From positions 4,764 to 68,763 of the forward strand of contig WAOR01000009.1 of NCBI GenBank assembly GCA_015521175.1: 64,000 nucleotides of DNA, given 5' to 3'. The translations under genes were made by a program, and so were the position numbers. The DNA is from Thermodiscus sp. (GTDB lineage: Archaea; Thermoproteota; Thermoprotei_A; Sulfolobales; Acidilobaceae). This document shows positions 48,148 to 59,040 of this stretch, piece by piece. The notes below the pieces were generated by a model. That model was not told where the DNA came from. It did not search any database and saw nothing but the letters and a program-made list of their open reading frames with translations. Every line of letters begins with the position of its first letter. Positions within the stretch are counted from its first letter, which is position 1.

Positions 48148-48990
48148 TTGGGGTTGGAGGGCAATAGCACCCTTACGAGAATACTCTCTTCGGTTGAAAC
48201 GAATGGTTACAAGATAATGGTTTCCATAGTGATACTAATCGCTGGAGTACTATTCGCCCTGTTCATTCGAGCCCTGATGAGGAGGTCATTGGGGCAGAGG
48301 CTCCCCCCTCATGTGTACAAGCCCTTTGAAGCAATAGTCTACTACTCCCTCGTTATTACCGCTGTTATCGGGGCCTTGTACCCCTTTGGAATAAGCCTTA
48401 CATCGCTTATTATAGCTGGCGGCTTCGCCGGCATAGTAGTAGGTCTCGCTACTCAGAGCACACTTAGTAATCTTGTTAGCGGCCTGATGCTCCTCATAGA
48501 ACAACCCCTTCGCATAGGAGACCCAGTCACGGTAAAGAACTACTCGGGGATCGTAGCCGGTATGAACGTCTTCTCCACACTCATAAGAACGTGGGAAGGC
48601 CCCATAGTTAGAATCCCGAATAATGACGTCTTCAACACAGTCATAGTGAATTATAGTAGGATGAAGGCGAGGAGAGTCGAGTTCACTATAGGAGTCCACT
48701 ATGATACCGATATCGAGTACGCCTCAAAAGTTATCAAAGAATTAATGGCTGAACACCCACTCTGCCTCGTCAACCCGGCCCCCGAAGTCTTCGTAGAAGA
48801 CTACTCCGACAGCGCCGTTAAGCTACGGATGAGGTGTTGGGCTCCGACACAGGCATGGTTCGCTACGAAAGTAGACATTCAAACAAAGCTGAAAAAACAC
48901 CTAGACGAGGCCAACATCGTAATCCCCTATCCGCAGTTAGATCTACACGTAAGAGACCGTGTCCGTGTAAGCCTTGAAAGGAACGATTAG
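48148..48990 (+). CDS. mscS: Small-conductance mechanosensitive channel
   Basis: GLATQSTLSNLVSG, PLRIGD, IPNN, IPYPQ. Confidence 0.92.
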   Translation: MGLEGNSTLTRILSSVETNGYKIMVSIVILIAGVLFALFIRALMRRSLGQRLPPHVYKPFEAIVYYSLVITAVIGALYPFGISLTSLIIAGGFAGIVVGLATQSTLSNLVSGLMLLIEQPLRIGDPVTVKNYSGIVAGMNVFSTLIRTWEGPIVRIPNNDVFNTVIVNYSRMKARRVEFTIGVHYDTDIEYASKVIKELMAEHPLCLVNPAPEVFVEDYSDSAVKLRMRCWAPTQAWFATKVDIQTKLKKHLDEANIVIPYPQLDLHVRDRVRVSLERND

Positions 48991-49073
48991 CAGTTAGAAA
49001 CCACTTCAGGAAGTAAGTATACTACAGTATTAGACTGTCCAGCCGAAACACATGGTTCCCGGGAAGAAGGCTA

Positions 49074-51239
49074 GTGAACGCTGAAAGAGCGGTTTTAGAG
49101 CTACAAAACACCTTGAAGAGCTGTGACAGGCTAGTAGCTTTACTCGGGGCGCCAAATACTGGCAAGAGCGTTCTCTATAATACACTCACGAAAGGCAAGT
49201 CTAGTGTTGCAAACTGGCCAGGCGTAACCGTCGACTTACACATCGGAAGGATAAGGGCTGGTTCCCGGAGTGTTTGCATCCTAGACCTGCCTGGCGCTTA
49301 TGGGCTAGTTCCAAGCAGCCCGGAGGAGAACGTCACCCTTGAGGCCCTGCTAGAGCTTAAACCGGACCTTATAATCACTTTACTAGACTCTACTAACCCG
49401 GATGCGGGGATTAACCTTGTCGTCCAGGCTATAGAGGCCTTTGATGGACGCGTGGTCGTCGCCCTTACTAAGTACGCCCTGGCCCACGCAATGGGGGTTC
49501 ACATAGATATTGGGCACTTACAGTCCCTTCTAGGAGTTCCTGTAGTACCGGTTTCAGCGCTTGAAGGCCTGGGAATAGATAAGCTCATGGAGTTCATAAC
49601 GGGAGAGGAGTCTCCGAGACAACGAGCGATTCTACGCATTGATTACGGTTTTCTCGAGGAAGACATTAGGAAAGTCGAGAAGAATAACCTCGTAGTGAGA
49701 GCGTCGGAAGAGTTCTCGATAACAACCCGGTGGCTGGCCCTACAAATAGTTAGTAGGAGTGAAGCTGTCCTTAGAATACTTGGAAAGCATGGCTACGACC
49801 AGCTAATAAGCCTCTCAGAGAAGGTATATGATGAGGCCCTCTCTAAGCTCGGCGTCCCACCGGAGGTTTACATTGCTGAGAAAAGGCTGGCAATTATTGA
49901 GAGCATAATTAGGGATACCGTCGTTAGGAGGACCCCTGCTAGTAATGTGTGGCAGAGATTCTCGGATATACTACTACACCCTGTGGCCGGGCCTATCGCG
50001 AGTATTCTAGGTCTATTCGCCACGTTTGGAGCAGTATTCTCGGTTAATACCGGCTTTCCTCTTAACATATTATTCGACTGGCTTGGGTGGAGAGCCGCGG
50101 CCGAATTCCTTGAAAAATACAATTTATCATCATTATTAATAGATTTATTTAATATAATCGGTAATATGCTAAGACCCCACATACCCCCTCCCTGGAACGG
50201 GCTCGTCGCCGACGGCATTATCGGAGGCGTAGGATTCGTCCTCAGCTTCCTCCCACTCATAATACTAGTCTACTTCTCTCTAGGGATACTCGAAGACTCA
50301 GGGATTGCTACGAGGATGGCGATAAGCTTTCACCCATTATTCTACCGCTTCGGCCTATCTGGTAGGAGCGTCTTCCCTCTCATGCTAGGCCTAGGCTGCA
50401 ATGTGCCAGCAGAATTTGCCACGAGAGGTCTACCGGAAGAGGAGAGGTTTAGAGTGGTATTCGCTGTGCCATTCATACCCTGTCAGGCACGACTAGCAGT
50501 CATAATCGCTGTAACCAGTATTCTCATTAAAGGAGTAGTCGCCCAGACAGTTGCGGTCACAGCCATCTATACCGAAGCTCTACTAGCCGCTTTAATGACG
50601 GCTTGGATAGCCTCGCGCATAATCCAGCCCCGAATATACAGGAAGAAGGGGCTACCATACCAGGCTAAACCAGAGTTGATAATGGAATTGCCCCCCGTTC
50701 ACAAGCCCCATCCGAAGGTTATCTGGTGGTATATCCGTGACAACACGATCCACTTCCTCAGAAAGGCTGGAACGGTTATCTTCCTACTAGCGATAATAAC
50801 GTGGGGGCTTCTATACTATGGCCCGAACGGGTACACGACTAACCCATCTCAAAGCTATGGTGGGATCATAGGAGAATGGGTCGGCGATGTAACACACTTG
50901 ATCGGAGTAGGCGAGGAAAGAGATCAAATACTTGGCGTCGCACTACTGGATGGTCTAATAGCGAAGGAAGGAGTACTCACGGCGATAGCAATATCGACGG
51001 GCGCCGGGCAGGAATCCCTCCAAACAGCTATTGAGAGCATAGGGCTTACCACGTCTCAAGCAATAGGATTCCTTGTACTCATAACACTATACTTCCCTTG
51101 CGTAGCTACGCTGGCCGCTATGAGAAGCATACTGAAGTCCTGGAAGCCAGTACTAGGATACGCTATATACTCTATACTCATAGCCATAACCTTCGCCACG
51201 ATAACATACCATATAGCGACCCTACTCGCTGGTGCCTAA
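49074..51239 (+). CDS. feoB: Ferrous iron transporter FeoB
   Basis: GAPNTGKS, VANWPGVTV, DLPGAY, GLGCNVPA, PFIPCQARL, MELP, YFPCVAT. Confidence 0.95.
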   Translation: MNAERAVLELQNTLKSCDRLVALLGAPNTGKSVLYNTLTKGKSSVANWPGVTVDLHIGRIRAGSRSVCILDLPGAYGLVPSSPEENVTLEALLELKPDLIITLLDSTNPDAGINLVVQAIEAFDGRVVVALTKYALAHAMGVHIDIGHLQSLLGVPVVPVSALEGLGIDKLMEFITGEESPRQRAILRIDYGFLEEDIRKVEKNNLVVRASEEFSITTRWLALQIVSRSEAVLRILGKHGYDQLISLSEKVYDEALSKLGVPPEVYIAEKRLAIIESIIRDTVVRRTPASNVWQRFSDILLHPVAGPIASILGLFATFGAVFSVNTGFPLNILFDWLGWRAAAEFLEKYNLSSLLIDLFNIIGNMLRPHIPPPWNGLVADGIIGGVGFVLSFLPLIILVYFSLGILEDSGIATRMAISFHPLFYRFGLSGRSVFPLMLGLGCNVPAEFATRGLPEEERFRVVFAVPFIPCQARLAVIIAVTSILIKGVVAQTVAVTAIYTEALLAALMTAWIASRIIQPRIYRKKGLPYQAKPELIMELPPVHKPHPKVIWWYIRDNTIHFLRKAGTVIFLLAIITWGLLYYGPNGYTTNPSQSYGGIIGEWVGDVTHLIGVGEERDQILGVALLDGLIAKEGVLTAIAISTGAGQESLQTAIESIGLTTSQAIGFLVLITLYFPCVATLAAMRSILKSWKPVLGYAIYSILIAITFATITYHIATLLAGA

Positions 51240-51242
51240 GGT

Positions 51243-51494
51243 ATGAAGAAGAATACTGCCAGCCTACTAGCAAAACTCTTAGACTATATTAAACATGGGT
51301 ACACGCTGAGAGAGGCCGCTATTAAATTAGGCATATCCGAGGAAGAAGCCAGACTCATATATTACACGCTGGCCGCCCAAGGACTAGTTACAATAATCGC
51401 GCCGAAAGCAAGTAAATGCTCTTGTAAAGGGTGTCCCTTCCGGAAATACTGCACATTAAATATTAAGGAGATAGTGGGAAAGAAGAAATCCTAG
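51243..51494 (+). CDS. FeoC-like winged-helix protein
   Basis: HTH-like segment plus CSCKGCPFRKYC, directly after feoB. Confidence 0.75.
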   Translation: MKKNTASLLAKLLDYIKHGYTLREAAIKLGISEEEARLIYYTLAAQGLVTIIAPKASKCSCKGCPFRKYCTLNIKEIVGKKKS

Positions 51495-51495
51495 G

Positions 51496-52668
51496 TTACC
51501 TGCGGGGCACCCTTACTTTTCCTAGTAGGGCTTTCACTATCACCATTCTCTGTACCTCGTTAGTACCATCGCCTATCTCGATCATCTTAATGTCTCGATA
51601 ATGCCTTTCCACAGGGCTCTCTCTACTATAGCCTATCCCTCCTAGGACTTGCATCGCCATCCTAACGAGATCAACTCCCCATTGCGCCGCCGCTAGTTTT
51701 GCTATACTGCTCCACATTGGGTAGTCATCGTCTCCATTGTCAACTTTGACTGCCGCTGTGTAAATTAAGGTCCTGGCGGCTTCTAGGCGTAGCTTCATCT
51801 CCGCTATCATGTATTGGACCATTTGGTGCTCTACTAGCGGTTTACCCATGGATTCTCTTTGCTTAGCGTAATTGAATGCCTCGTCGAAGGCCGCTTGCAT
51901 AACTCCTAGTCCTGTTGCCGCAGTAATTATTCTGCCCTCGTTGAGGGCATCCATTACGATCTTGAAGCCCTTGTTTACCTCCCCAACAAGGTTACGCTTG
52001 GGAACTCTACAGTTCTCAAATACGACCTCGCTAGTCCCGCTACCCCGGTAGCCCATCATTTCGAGCTTGGATACCTCTATGCAATCGGACTTGTCAACGA
52101 CGAACAGGGATACGCCTCTATGCCTATCCTCCGGCTTCCCGGTTCTCGCTGCTACTAGGAAGAAGCTGGCGTATGGAGAGTTCGTTATGAAGGTCTTTCT
52201 CCCGTTTATAACCCACTCGTCCCCGTCCAAGAATGCTCTAGTCGTTACGGCGGCCGCATCGGTGCCGCAGCATGGCTCTGTGAGGGCGAAGGCTCCTATC
52301 TCACCGTTTGCGAGGCGCTCTAAGTATTCTTGTTTTAGTTCATCGTTAGCATAGTGGACTAGCGGGTAGGCCACCATTGTCCCTGATACGGTGGCCATTA
52401 TTGATACCGCACTACTATACCGGGCGAGCTCCTCGACGACAATGGCGCTCTCTAGAGTTGAGAGGCCTGGCCCTCCGTATTCTTCAGGGACCCTCAAGGC
52501 GAAGTAGCCCATCTCAGCCGCAGCCCTAATAACATTGTCCGGAACCGTGTTCTCACGGTCTATCCTAGCGGCTACCGATGCTAGGTATTTCTCTCCGAAT
52601 TCCCTAACACTATTGCGTAGAACGCGTATATCCTCCGAGTCAAAAATATTATTCATAACAGGGAGCAC
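51496..52668 (-). CDS. Acyl-CoA dehydrogenase
   Basis: FALTEP, INGRKTFITN, GRI, QVLGGIGY, EIGDGTNEVQR. Confidence 0.93.
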   Translation of the reverse strand: MLPVMNNIFDSEDIRVLRNSVREFGEKYLASVAARIDRENTVPDNVIRAAAEMGYFALRVPEEYGGPGLSTLESAIVVEELARYSSAVSIMATVSGTMVAYPLVHYANDELKQEYLERLANGEIGAFALTEPCCGTDAAAVTTRAFLDGDEWVINGRKTFITNSPYASFFLVAARTGKPEDRHRGVSLFVVDKSDCIEVSKLEMMGYRGSGTSEVVFENCRVPKRNLVGEVNKGFKIVMDALNEGRIITAATGLGVMQAAFDEAFNYAKQRESMGKPLVEHQMVQYMIAEMKLRLEAARTLIYTAAVKVDNGDDDYPMWSSIAKLAAAQWGVDLVRMAMQVLGGIGYSRESPVERHYRDIKMIEIGDGTNEVQRMVIVKALLGKVRVPRR

Positions 52669-52727
52669 CGGTTACATGTTAATCCCTAACTCAATAATAA
52701 CCGTTGATTAATGTAGAGTAATGAATC

Positions 52728-52800
52728 GGGGGCTGTGAGGCGGAACCCGGGAACTAGAGCCTTGAACAGGTAATGATGACTGCTCGTTCACCGAGCCCCC
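52728..52800 (+). ncRNA. Putative K-turn-containing small RNA
   Basis: Terminal stem GGGGGCT-GTGA / TCAC-CG-AGCCCCC with box C-like AATGATGA at 52772-79. Confidence 0.4.
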
Positions 52801-52848
52801 AGGCTTTATAAGGGTGAACTCTCCGGCTCAACTAGAGGGTGTCTAAGC

Positions 52849-53259
52849 GTGAGCGTGAACTATGCAACGCTTGGCGAGCTCAAGAAGGGTAGCTACATCG
52901 TTATTGATGGTGAGCCTTGCAGGATCGTGGAGATCTCGAGGGCTAAGACGGGTAAGCATGGCAGCGCTAAAGCGCATGTAGTCGCTATTGGCATCTTCAG
53001 CGGGCAGAAGAAGACCCTAGTCGCCCCAGTAGATACTCGTGTGCAGGTCCCGATCATCGAGAAGAGGCTAGGCCAGATACTCGCTGATATGGGTGATATG
53101 CTACAGATTATGGACTTAGAAACCTATGACACCTTCGAAGTCGAGAAACCGAGCGATGACCCCAACCTGGTACAGAAACTACAACCGGGAGTCACGGTCG
53201 AGTATTGGCTGATAATGGGTAGACCAAAGATCATCAGGATAAGGGAGAGGAGCGCCTAG
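52849..53259 (+). CDS. eif5a: Translation factor aIF5A
   Basis: [11 protein letters not shown] hypusine loop. Confidence 0.96.
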   Translation: MSVNYATLGELKKGSYIVIDGEPCRIVEISRAKTGKHGSAKAHVVAIGIFSGQKKTLVAPVDTRVQVPIIEKRLGQILADMGDMLQIMDLETYDTFEVEKPSDDPNLVQKLQPGVTVEYWLIMGRPKIIRIRERSA

Positions 53260-53765
53260 CACCTAACAGGAGGCTGGCCAGCCCAAATCCTATCTAAGAT
53301 AATATTTAACACTAAAACAGTCCTCCACACTCCCCAATCCCGGACTTCGAACGATAAAGCACTCTCGGAATCACATGTAGTGCCACGGTGCAGACAAGCT
53401 GTTACGGGTGGCTCTACTCTCGTAATATCGAGCTTTTGAGAACCGGTGCGAGAATGACGGATCTCGATTCTCGTACCACTCTCGGGGATTAGTGGATTCT
53501 CCGATAAGAGGGCTCCCAGTTTTTTGCCCCGGAGAACTGCCCTGACCCATCCCTCGCTTGTATCGGCATCTGGGCGTAGATGACGGATCTTGTCGCCTGG
53601 TGCTATGATCCACTTAGCCCCTACCCTGACCTGGGCCAGCGTATCTCTCCTTGCATTATTACTTATGAGGAGGGAGTAGACTAAGAACCTAGCAGCATCA
53701 TAAGTATTTCTAGGATCGGAGTATAGTAGTACCCGCTTGTACTTGTCTATCTCGTCTAATATCAT
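53256..53765 (-). CDS. TrmY-like (SPOUT) protein, divergent
   Basis: [12 protein letters not shown] and IRHLRPD resemble TrmY motifs; lies downstream of srp54. Confidence 0.55.
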   Translation of the reverse strand: MILDEIDKYKRVLLYSDPRNTYDAARFLVYSLLISNNARRDTLAQVRVGAKWIIAPGDKIRHLRPDADTSEGWVRAVLRGKKLGALLSENPLIPESGTRIEIRHSRTGSQKLDITRVEPPVTACLHRGTTCDSESALSFEVRDWGVWRTVLVLNIILDRIWAGQPPVRC

Positions 53766-55087
53766 GTTAGCCCCAGCCTTCTTAGGAGCCTTCTATCCCT
53801 CCTTATTCTTTTCATCATTACTTTAAGGTTCTTGTAGTATGCGAGTAGCTCCCTCACGTCTTCAGTTGTTGTTCCAGAGCCTATGGCTAGCCTCCTCATC
53901 CTGCTCCTATCTATTATCTCGGGCTTGTCTAGCTCCTCGTACGTCATACTCTCAATAATAGCGAGCCACTTCTTTATCTTCTCTTCTCCAAGCCTAGCCG
54001 TGTTATCATCTAGCTTCGCTATCAAACCGAAGCCCGGTAGCATTTGGAGAACCTTAGAGAGTGGCCCCATTTTTCTCATACTCTTAAGCTGCCTGTAAAT
54101 GATTCTCATGTTTATTTTACCCTTCAATATGTCTTCCGCAGCCTTTTCTAGCTCTTCGGCTTCTTCAAGGCCCTTTAGCTTCTCTAGGAGTGACTCTATA
54201 TCGCCCATGCCGAGTATTCTGCCGACGAACCTTGTGGGGCGGAATGGCTCTAGCTCGTCGATCTTCTCCCCGTTGCCAATGAATTTTACAGTGGCTCCCG
54301 TGGCAGCTGCGGCGGAGAGTACTCCTCCTCCACGCGCTGTACCGTCCATCTTGGTTACTATGAGGGATCCTACGGGTGTTGACTCGTGGAACCTCTTGGC
54401 TAGGTCGTAGGCCTTTTGTCCTATGGCGGCGTCAATGACCAGTATTACTTCGTCTGGTTTGACTGCGTCGGCTATCTGCTTCATCTCGCGGAGGAGTGCT
54501 TCTTCGCTTCCGAAGCCGTGGCGGCCAGCGGTGTCCACGATTATTATCTCGGCTCCCCTGTCGAGGGCGTACTTCACGCCCCTCTCAGCGATCTTGGCGG
54601 GGTCCCCCTTGTCCTCGCCGTAGAATATTGCCCCCGCCTGGTCGGCTAGAGTTCTCAGCTGATCCTTGGCACCCGGCCTATAGGTGTCTGTGGAGACTAG
54701 GGCTACCTTGTACCCCCGCCGTGTGTAGTAGTAGGCCAGCTTACCCGCCGTCGTTGTCTTACCGCTACCCTGTACTCCTACGAGTAGAATAATCCAGGGC
54801 GTCTTAGGGGGTAGTATCTGGGGCTTCTTGTCGCCGCCGAAGAGCTTGGATAACTCCTCGTATACTATTTTTATGAACCACTCACGCCTGCTGGCTCCTG
54901 GAGGGGGTGCTTCCTTTTGTGCTCTTTCTTTTATCCTCTTTGTCAGGTCGAAGACTAGTTTTACATTGACGTCTGACTTTATCAGCTCCCTCTGGAGGTC
55001 TCGTATGAACTCTTGTACAGCCTTCTCGTAGGTGCCCCCGCCTTTCAGGAACTTTGTTACTGCTTTTCTAACACCGTCTAATACCAT
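53762..55087 (-). CDS. srp54: Signal recognition particle 54 kDa protein
   Basis: GVQGSGKTT, DTAGRH, TKMDG, GMGD, Met-rich M domain. Confidence 0.97.
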   Translation of the reverse strand: MVLDGVRKAVTKFLKGGGTYEKAVQEFIRDLQRELIKSDVNVKLVFDLTKRIKERAQKEAPPPGASRREWFIKIVYEELSKLFGGDKKPQILPPKTPWIILLVGVQGSGKTTTAGKLAYYYTRRGYKVALVSTDTYRPGAKDQLRTLADQAGAIFYGEDKGDPAKIAERGVKYALDRGAEIIIVDTAGRHGFGSEEALLREMKQIADAVKPDEVILVIDAAIGQKAYDLAKRFHESTPVGSLIVTKMDGTARGGGVLSAAAATGATVKFIGNGEKIDELEPFRPTRFVGRILGMGDIESLLEKLKGLEEAEELEKAAEDILKGKINMRIIYRQLKSMRKMGPLSKVLQMLPGFGLIAKLDDNTARLGEEKIKKWLAIIESMTYEELDKPEIIDRSRMRRLAIGSGTTTEDVRELLAYYKNLKVMMKRIRRDRRLLRRLGLT

Positions 55088-55139
55088 TCCTACTCCTCGA
55101 TTAGCCTATTGGGTGCTTGTAGAGGAGAAAAGTGTGTGG

Positions 55140-56450
55140 TTACTCGCTGGTTATCCTAGCATTAGATACTAGTATGTGCGGTAGCCTCGTAGGAGTAGAG
55201 ACCTCCCACCACTGGATCTGCCAGAGCGTGGCTCCAACGCCTTCAATATTGCTTAGCAGCCTTTTCATTGAATCAGCTATTCGCACCCGACCTGCACAGC
55301 CTACGGGTTTCCCTCCCTCCACTATGATTACTGCGTCTCTGGCTACTGTTGAGAAGAGGCCTTCAGGGTAATTCTGGAACCTCGTATACCAGTTGTTAGT
55401 AATGTACAGACCGTCTCCTAGAGCTTCCAGCATTTCATCGTCTTTCAGGCCGCCGGGGGCAACATCTAAATTGAAGGGTTCCGGCATGAGGAGGCCGGCA
55501 TTTCCCGTAGTTTTGGTCCCGAATAGTTTCGCGGTCTTTGAGTTATGTAGTATGTTCTTCAAGACTCCCTTCTCTATAATTGGTTTATCTCTTGTGGCTA
55601 CTCCCTCATCGTCGAATTGCGAGTAGCCTGGAAGCTCCCTATCGTGGGGTTTATCGTAGAGGGTTAACTTCTCGGAGGCTACTGTTGCTTCGAGATCCTC
55701 CTTGTTGAAGAAGCTGAAGCCGAACAACATGGCTCCACCGCTAGCGGATCTTGCAACTATTTCTAGAAGGTTCCCTGCGACCATCGGAGACAATAGGACG
55801 TTGTAGTTCCCCGATTCGATCTTCCTCTTAGGCAGGCCCGAGCACTCCTCCGCGAGCCTCGCCGCGGCTCCTATCGCTTTCTTAGCGATGTCTGGCCTGT
55901 ACATGGTCGAGGTCCAGCTCCACTGGCCGCTTGATTCGTCGTCGGCGAATACTCTCATGTAGCCGTTGAAGAGGGTTTTCTCACCGTGTAGGCTTGCTTT
56001 GTTACTGTTCACTAGTACCCTTTCTTCTCTTGCTAGCCTTATTGTTCCAGCCCAGTTTCCGGCCTGGTCTAGTTCTAGGTCTTCTGAGACTTTGCTTAGG
56101 TCTCCGCTCCTGACTATTTCAACGATTTTGTCATCGGTATTTTCATAATTCTGCCCTGTCGGCTCTGGTAGTGGAGCGTAGAGTGGTGAAGGTGTGAGTG
56201 TTGCTAGGATAGTGTCGAGTTTCTCTAAGACTTCTCCTGGACTGGTTGAGCTTAGTGATGTTTGAAATATCTTTCCGTTCTTCGCAACGTAGACAGTGAT
56301 AGTGTACCTGTTCCACGACTGCGTCACACTAGGCTCTCCATTAGCTAGTTTTAACATTATCTCTTCCTCGTTTCCAACTATTACCTCGTACTCCTCGAAA
56401 TGCTTCCTAAGGATTCTCGCAGAAGCCTCTGCTAGCTCCCATAACGTCAC
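55140..56450 (-). CDS. TldE/PmbA family protein
   Basis: FDDEGVAT, TTGNAG; lacks HExxxH. Confidence 0.88.
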   Translation of the reverse strand: MTLWELAEASARILRKHFEEYEVIVGNEEEIMLKLANGEPSVTQSWNRYTITVYVAKNGKIFQTSLSSTSPGEVLEKLDTILATLTPSPLYAPLPEPTGQNYENTDDKIVEIVRSGDLSKVSEDLELDQAGNWAGTIRLAREERVLVNSNKASLHGEKTLFNGYMRVFADDESSGQWSWTSTMYRPDIAKKAIGAAARLAEECSGLPKRKIESGNYNVLLSPMVAGNLLEIVARSASGGAMLFGFSFFNKEDLEATVASEKLTLYDKPHDRELPGYSQFDDEGVATRDKPIIEKGVLKNILHNSKTAKLFGTKTTGNAGLLMPEPFNLDVAPGGLKDDEMLEALGDGLYITNNWYTRFQNYPEGLFSTVARDAVIIVEGGKPVGCAGRVRIADSMKRLLSNIEGVGATLWQIQWWEVSTPTRLPHILVSNARITSE

Positions 56451-57886
56451 TTTATCACCACCCCCCTAAGCCTTATACTGGGACCACCCATCCACACCGG
56501 GACCCCCTGCGCCGGTTCCCCCTTGCCGCAAGTCCCAGCGTAGAAACGGAGGTCGCTTCCCACGGCATCAATACTTGAGAAAAACTCGCGAGTGTTCACC
56601 TCGAGTGCAGGATTCCTCACAGGCTCCTCCAGGCGGCCGTTCTTTATTTTGTAGGCTTCGAATCCAACGTAGCGGGCAACCCATCTGTAGTCGTCAATGT
56701 TCCATTCCATGTATTTCTTGATGTAGACGCCATCCTTTACATCCTCGATTAGCTCCTCGAGGCTATAATCACCTGGAGCCATATAGGTATTAGCCATCCT
56801 AATGATAGGCTCGCTCCACCACTCTTCCGCCCTAGCGGAGCCATTGCTATGAGTCCCCATTATTGCGGCTGTCTCACGGTTGTGAAGGTACTCGTTTAGT
56901 ACCCCTCTAAGTATGAGGTACCGGGGTCTAGCCGGTACTGCCTCGTCGTCGTAGAGGTAGAACCCATAACTGCCCGGGATAGTCGGGTCGTCTATTACGG
57001 TGACCAGGTCGGAGCCTATTTTCTCGCCCGGCCTGATCCTTCTCCTATAGCTGAGGCCTGCCTGGGCTGCCTCGCGCCCCAGTACTCTGTCCGCCTCGCT
57101 AGGATGGCCTATGGACTCGTGCATGGCTAGGCCAACGATCTCTGACCCTAAGACTACGTCCATTCTACCTCTCGGCGGACTCTTCGCCGTCCTAAGATAT
57201 AGTTCAAGGCTTCTCAGGTCGTCTTCGATAGCTTGCGTAACGCCTAACTCGTCTATGAGTTCTAAGCCCCCGGAACCGCCTATCTGCTGCCACCTGTTCG
57301 CCCTATTACCCTCTGATGACGCTGTTATTGTATAGAACACCTCTAACCTTGGTATTCGCGATTCTATGAGGCCTCCGTCGCTCGTAGCTATGCTTTTTTC
57401 CTCGATGCTGTACGATAAGCCTAGTAGGAAGCTGTTTATGTTAACCTTGTATCTACTTAGGTCGATAGACTTGTATAGTTCAACTGCAAGCTTGAATAAA
57501 TCTTCGCCGCCATGATCTTCCGGGTCTTTCCTTGCTGATGCCTCATATCTAGCCCTGCCTAGTCTCTCGTCGCTCATCTCAATGCCCTTGGAAACGATGC
57601 TAGCGGTTGTCTTAGCGTGCTTCACGGCCTTCTCGACTGCTGTGATAATATCACGTTTTTCTAGTGAGTCTGTTGAAGAGAATCCGAGGGATCCTCCTGC
57701 GATAACCCTAACGCGGACGCCTTCCGAGAGAGTGTAGCTCGCTGTGATGGGAGATCCGTTCATTAAGATTATTTGGAATCCCTTAACCCTGTGGAAGGCA
57801 GCCTCCCCGTACGAGGCTCCGAGAGCTAATGCCTTATCGACTAGAGGCGTTAGCTCTTCTGGCTTCAGGATCAACTGTTTAAACAC
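56447..57886 (-). CDS. tldD: TldD family metalloprotease
   Basis: HESIGHPSEADR, YDDE, RMANTY, CGKGEP. Confidence 0.92.
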   Translation of the reverse strand: MFKQLILKPEELTPLVDKALALGASYGEAAFHRVKGFQIILMNGSPITASYTLSEGVRVRVIAGGSLGFSSTDSLEKRDIITAVEKAVKHAKTTASIVSKGIEMSDERLGRARYEASARKDPEDHGGEDLFKLAVELYKSIDLSRYKVNINSFLLGLSYSIEEKSIATSDGGLIESRIPRLEVFYTITASSEGNRANRWQQIGGSGGLELIDELGVTQAIEDDLRSLELYLRTAKSPPRGRMDVVLGSEIVGLAMHESIGHPSEADRVLGREAAQAGLSYRRRIRPGEKIGSDLVTVIDDPTIPGSYGFYLYDDEAVPARPRYLILRGVLNEYLHNRETAAIMGTHSNGSARAEEWWSEPIIRMANTYMAPGDYSLEELIEDVKDGVYIKKYMEWNIDDYRWVARYVGFEAYKIKNGRLEEPVRNPALEVNTREFFSSIDAVGSDLRFYAGTCGKGEPAQGVPVWMGGPSIRLRGVVIK

Positions 57887-57926
57887 CGAGTCTCCTATGT
57901 ATCGGAATAAAATATAAATCTAGGCC

Positions 57927-59003
57927 TCACCCGTTGTGGAGGGCCTCATTAAGCCTTGAGAGAAACGTCTTGTATGATTTCCAGGCCCTCTCGCTTGAAA
58001 CGGTCGGCTCCCGTGAAACCTTGTATTTCTCTCCGAATAGGCTGCAAGTGAATGCTGGGAGACCCATCTTTAATCCACTAGTGTATCCTCCTTCTAGCAC
58101 TATGATTACAGGTACTGCGAGATCCCTAACGCTGCGTCCTATCCGAGCGAATGTATGCTCGGTCGCTTGCATAGAAGCGAAGTCACCGATATATGCGTCG
58201 AAGCCTGCTGAGACTACTAGATAATCTGGATTGTAGTCTCTTAGGAGGTTTAGGGCTACTTCTACAGCGTCTATGTATATATCGTCGCCGGAGCCTGGAG
58301 GCACTATTATATTCACTTTGCTTCCCGCAACCCCTCCAATATCCTCAGGGAAGCCTGTCCCGGGATAGATAGTTGAGGGATCCTGGTGGATGTCGACGTG
58401 GAGAATACTGTCCCACCAGAGGATCTCCTGGGTCCCATTCCCATGGTGAAGGTCGAAGTCCAGAACCGCTACCCTGCCATGCTCGGATAGTCTCCTCGCA
58501 ATTAACGCAGCCGTGTTGAATATGCAAAAGCCGAGGGTGGGTGCTCCCATGGCGGGGCCTCTCTTCCCAGCATGATGGCCAGGAGGCCTTCCAAGGATAA
58601 TGGTAGTCCCTCCCCTAACAGCAGTATTTATGGCTACATCTACAGCGCCGGCGAGTCTTGCCAGGGCCTTAGGGGTTCCGGGCGAGACGTAGGTGTCGGG
58701 GTCTATCCAGGTTGGTGTAGGAGACTGAGAAGCCTCAAGCACTATTTGCATGTAGTCCCTATCATGCACGAGTGAATAGGCTTCAAAAGGGTCCCTTCGT
58801 GGAGGAGTAACGATTTCAATTGAGCGTCCACAGGAGTCCAGGAGAGATCCCAAGGCTACTTGTACGCGTTCTGGGTTCTCTGGATGAGGATACGGGGATG
58901 GATCGTGGAGTAGGAAATCATCGTGGTATATGATGTAGGGGCCTCCGCGATGCGGGGTTTCCTCATCACCGTTTCCGGTTCGATCATCGAGGTTCGACTT
59001 CAT
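57927..59003 (-). CDS. Histone deacetylase/acetylpolyamine amidohydrolase family
   Basis: HPENPER, RPPGHHA, GFCIFN, DFDLHHGNGTQ, SAGFD, LEGGY. Confidence 0.93.
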   Translation of the reverse strand: MKSNLDDRTGNGDEETPHRGGPYIIYHDDFLLHDPSPYPHPENPERVQVALGSLLDSCGRSIEIVTPPRRDPFEAYSLVHDRDYMQIVLEASQSPTPTWIDPDTYVSPGTPKALARLAGAVDVAINTAVRGGTTIILGRPPGHHAGKRGPAMGAPTLGFCIFNTAALIARRLSEHGRVAVLDFDLHHGNGTQEILWWDSILHVDIHQDPSTIYPGTGFPEDIGGVAGSKVNIIVPPGSGDDIYIDAVEVALNLLRDYNPDYLVVSAGFDAYIGDFASMQATEHTFARIGRSVRDLAVPVIIVLEGGYTSGLKMGLPAFTCSLFGEKYKVSREPTVSSERAWKSYKTFLSRLNEALHNG

Positions 59004-59040
59004 CGGCTCACCGTTGAGAGGATTATTGGATAGGTCTAAT

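Noticed and set aside
55140..57886. TldD/E as maturase for the 39-aa peptide
   Set aside because: 30 kb apart, and TldD/E are common housekeeping genes in archaea; no linking evidence
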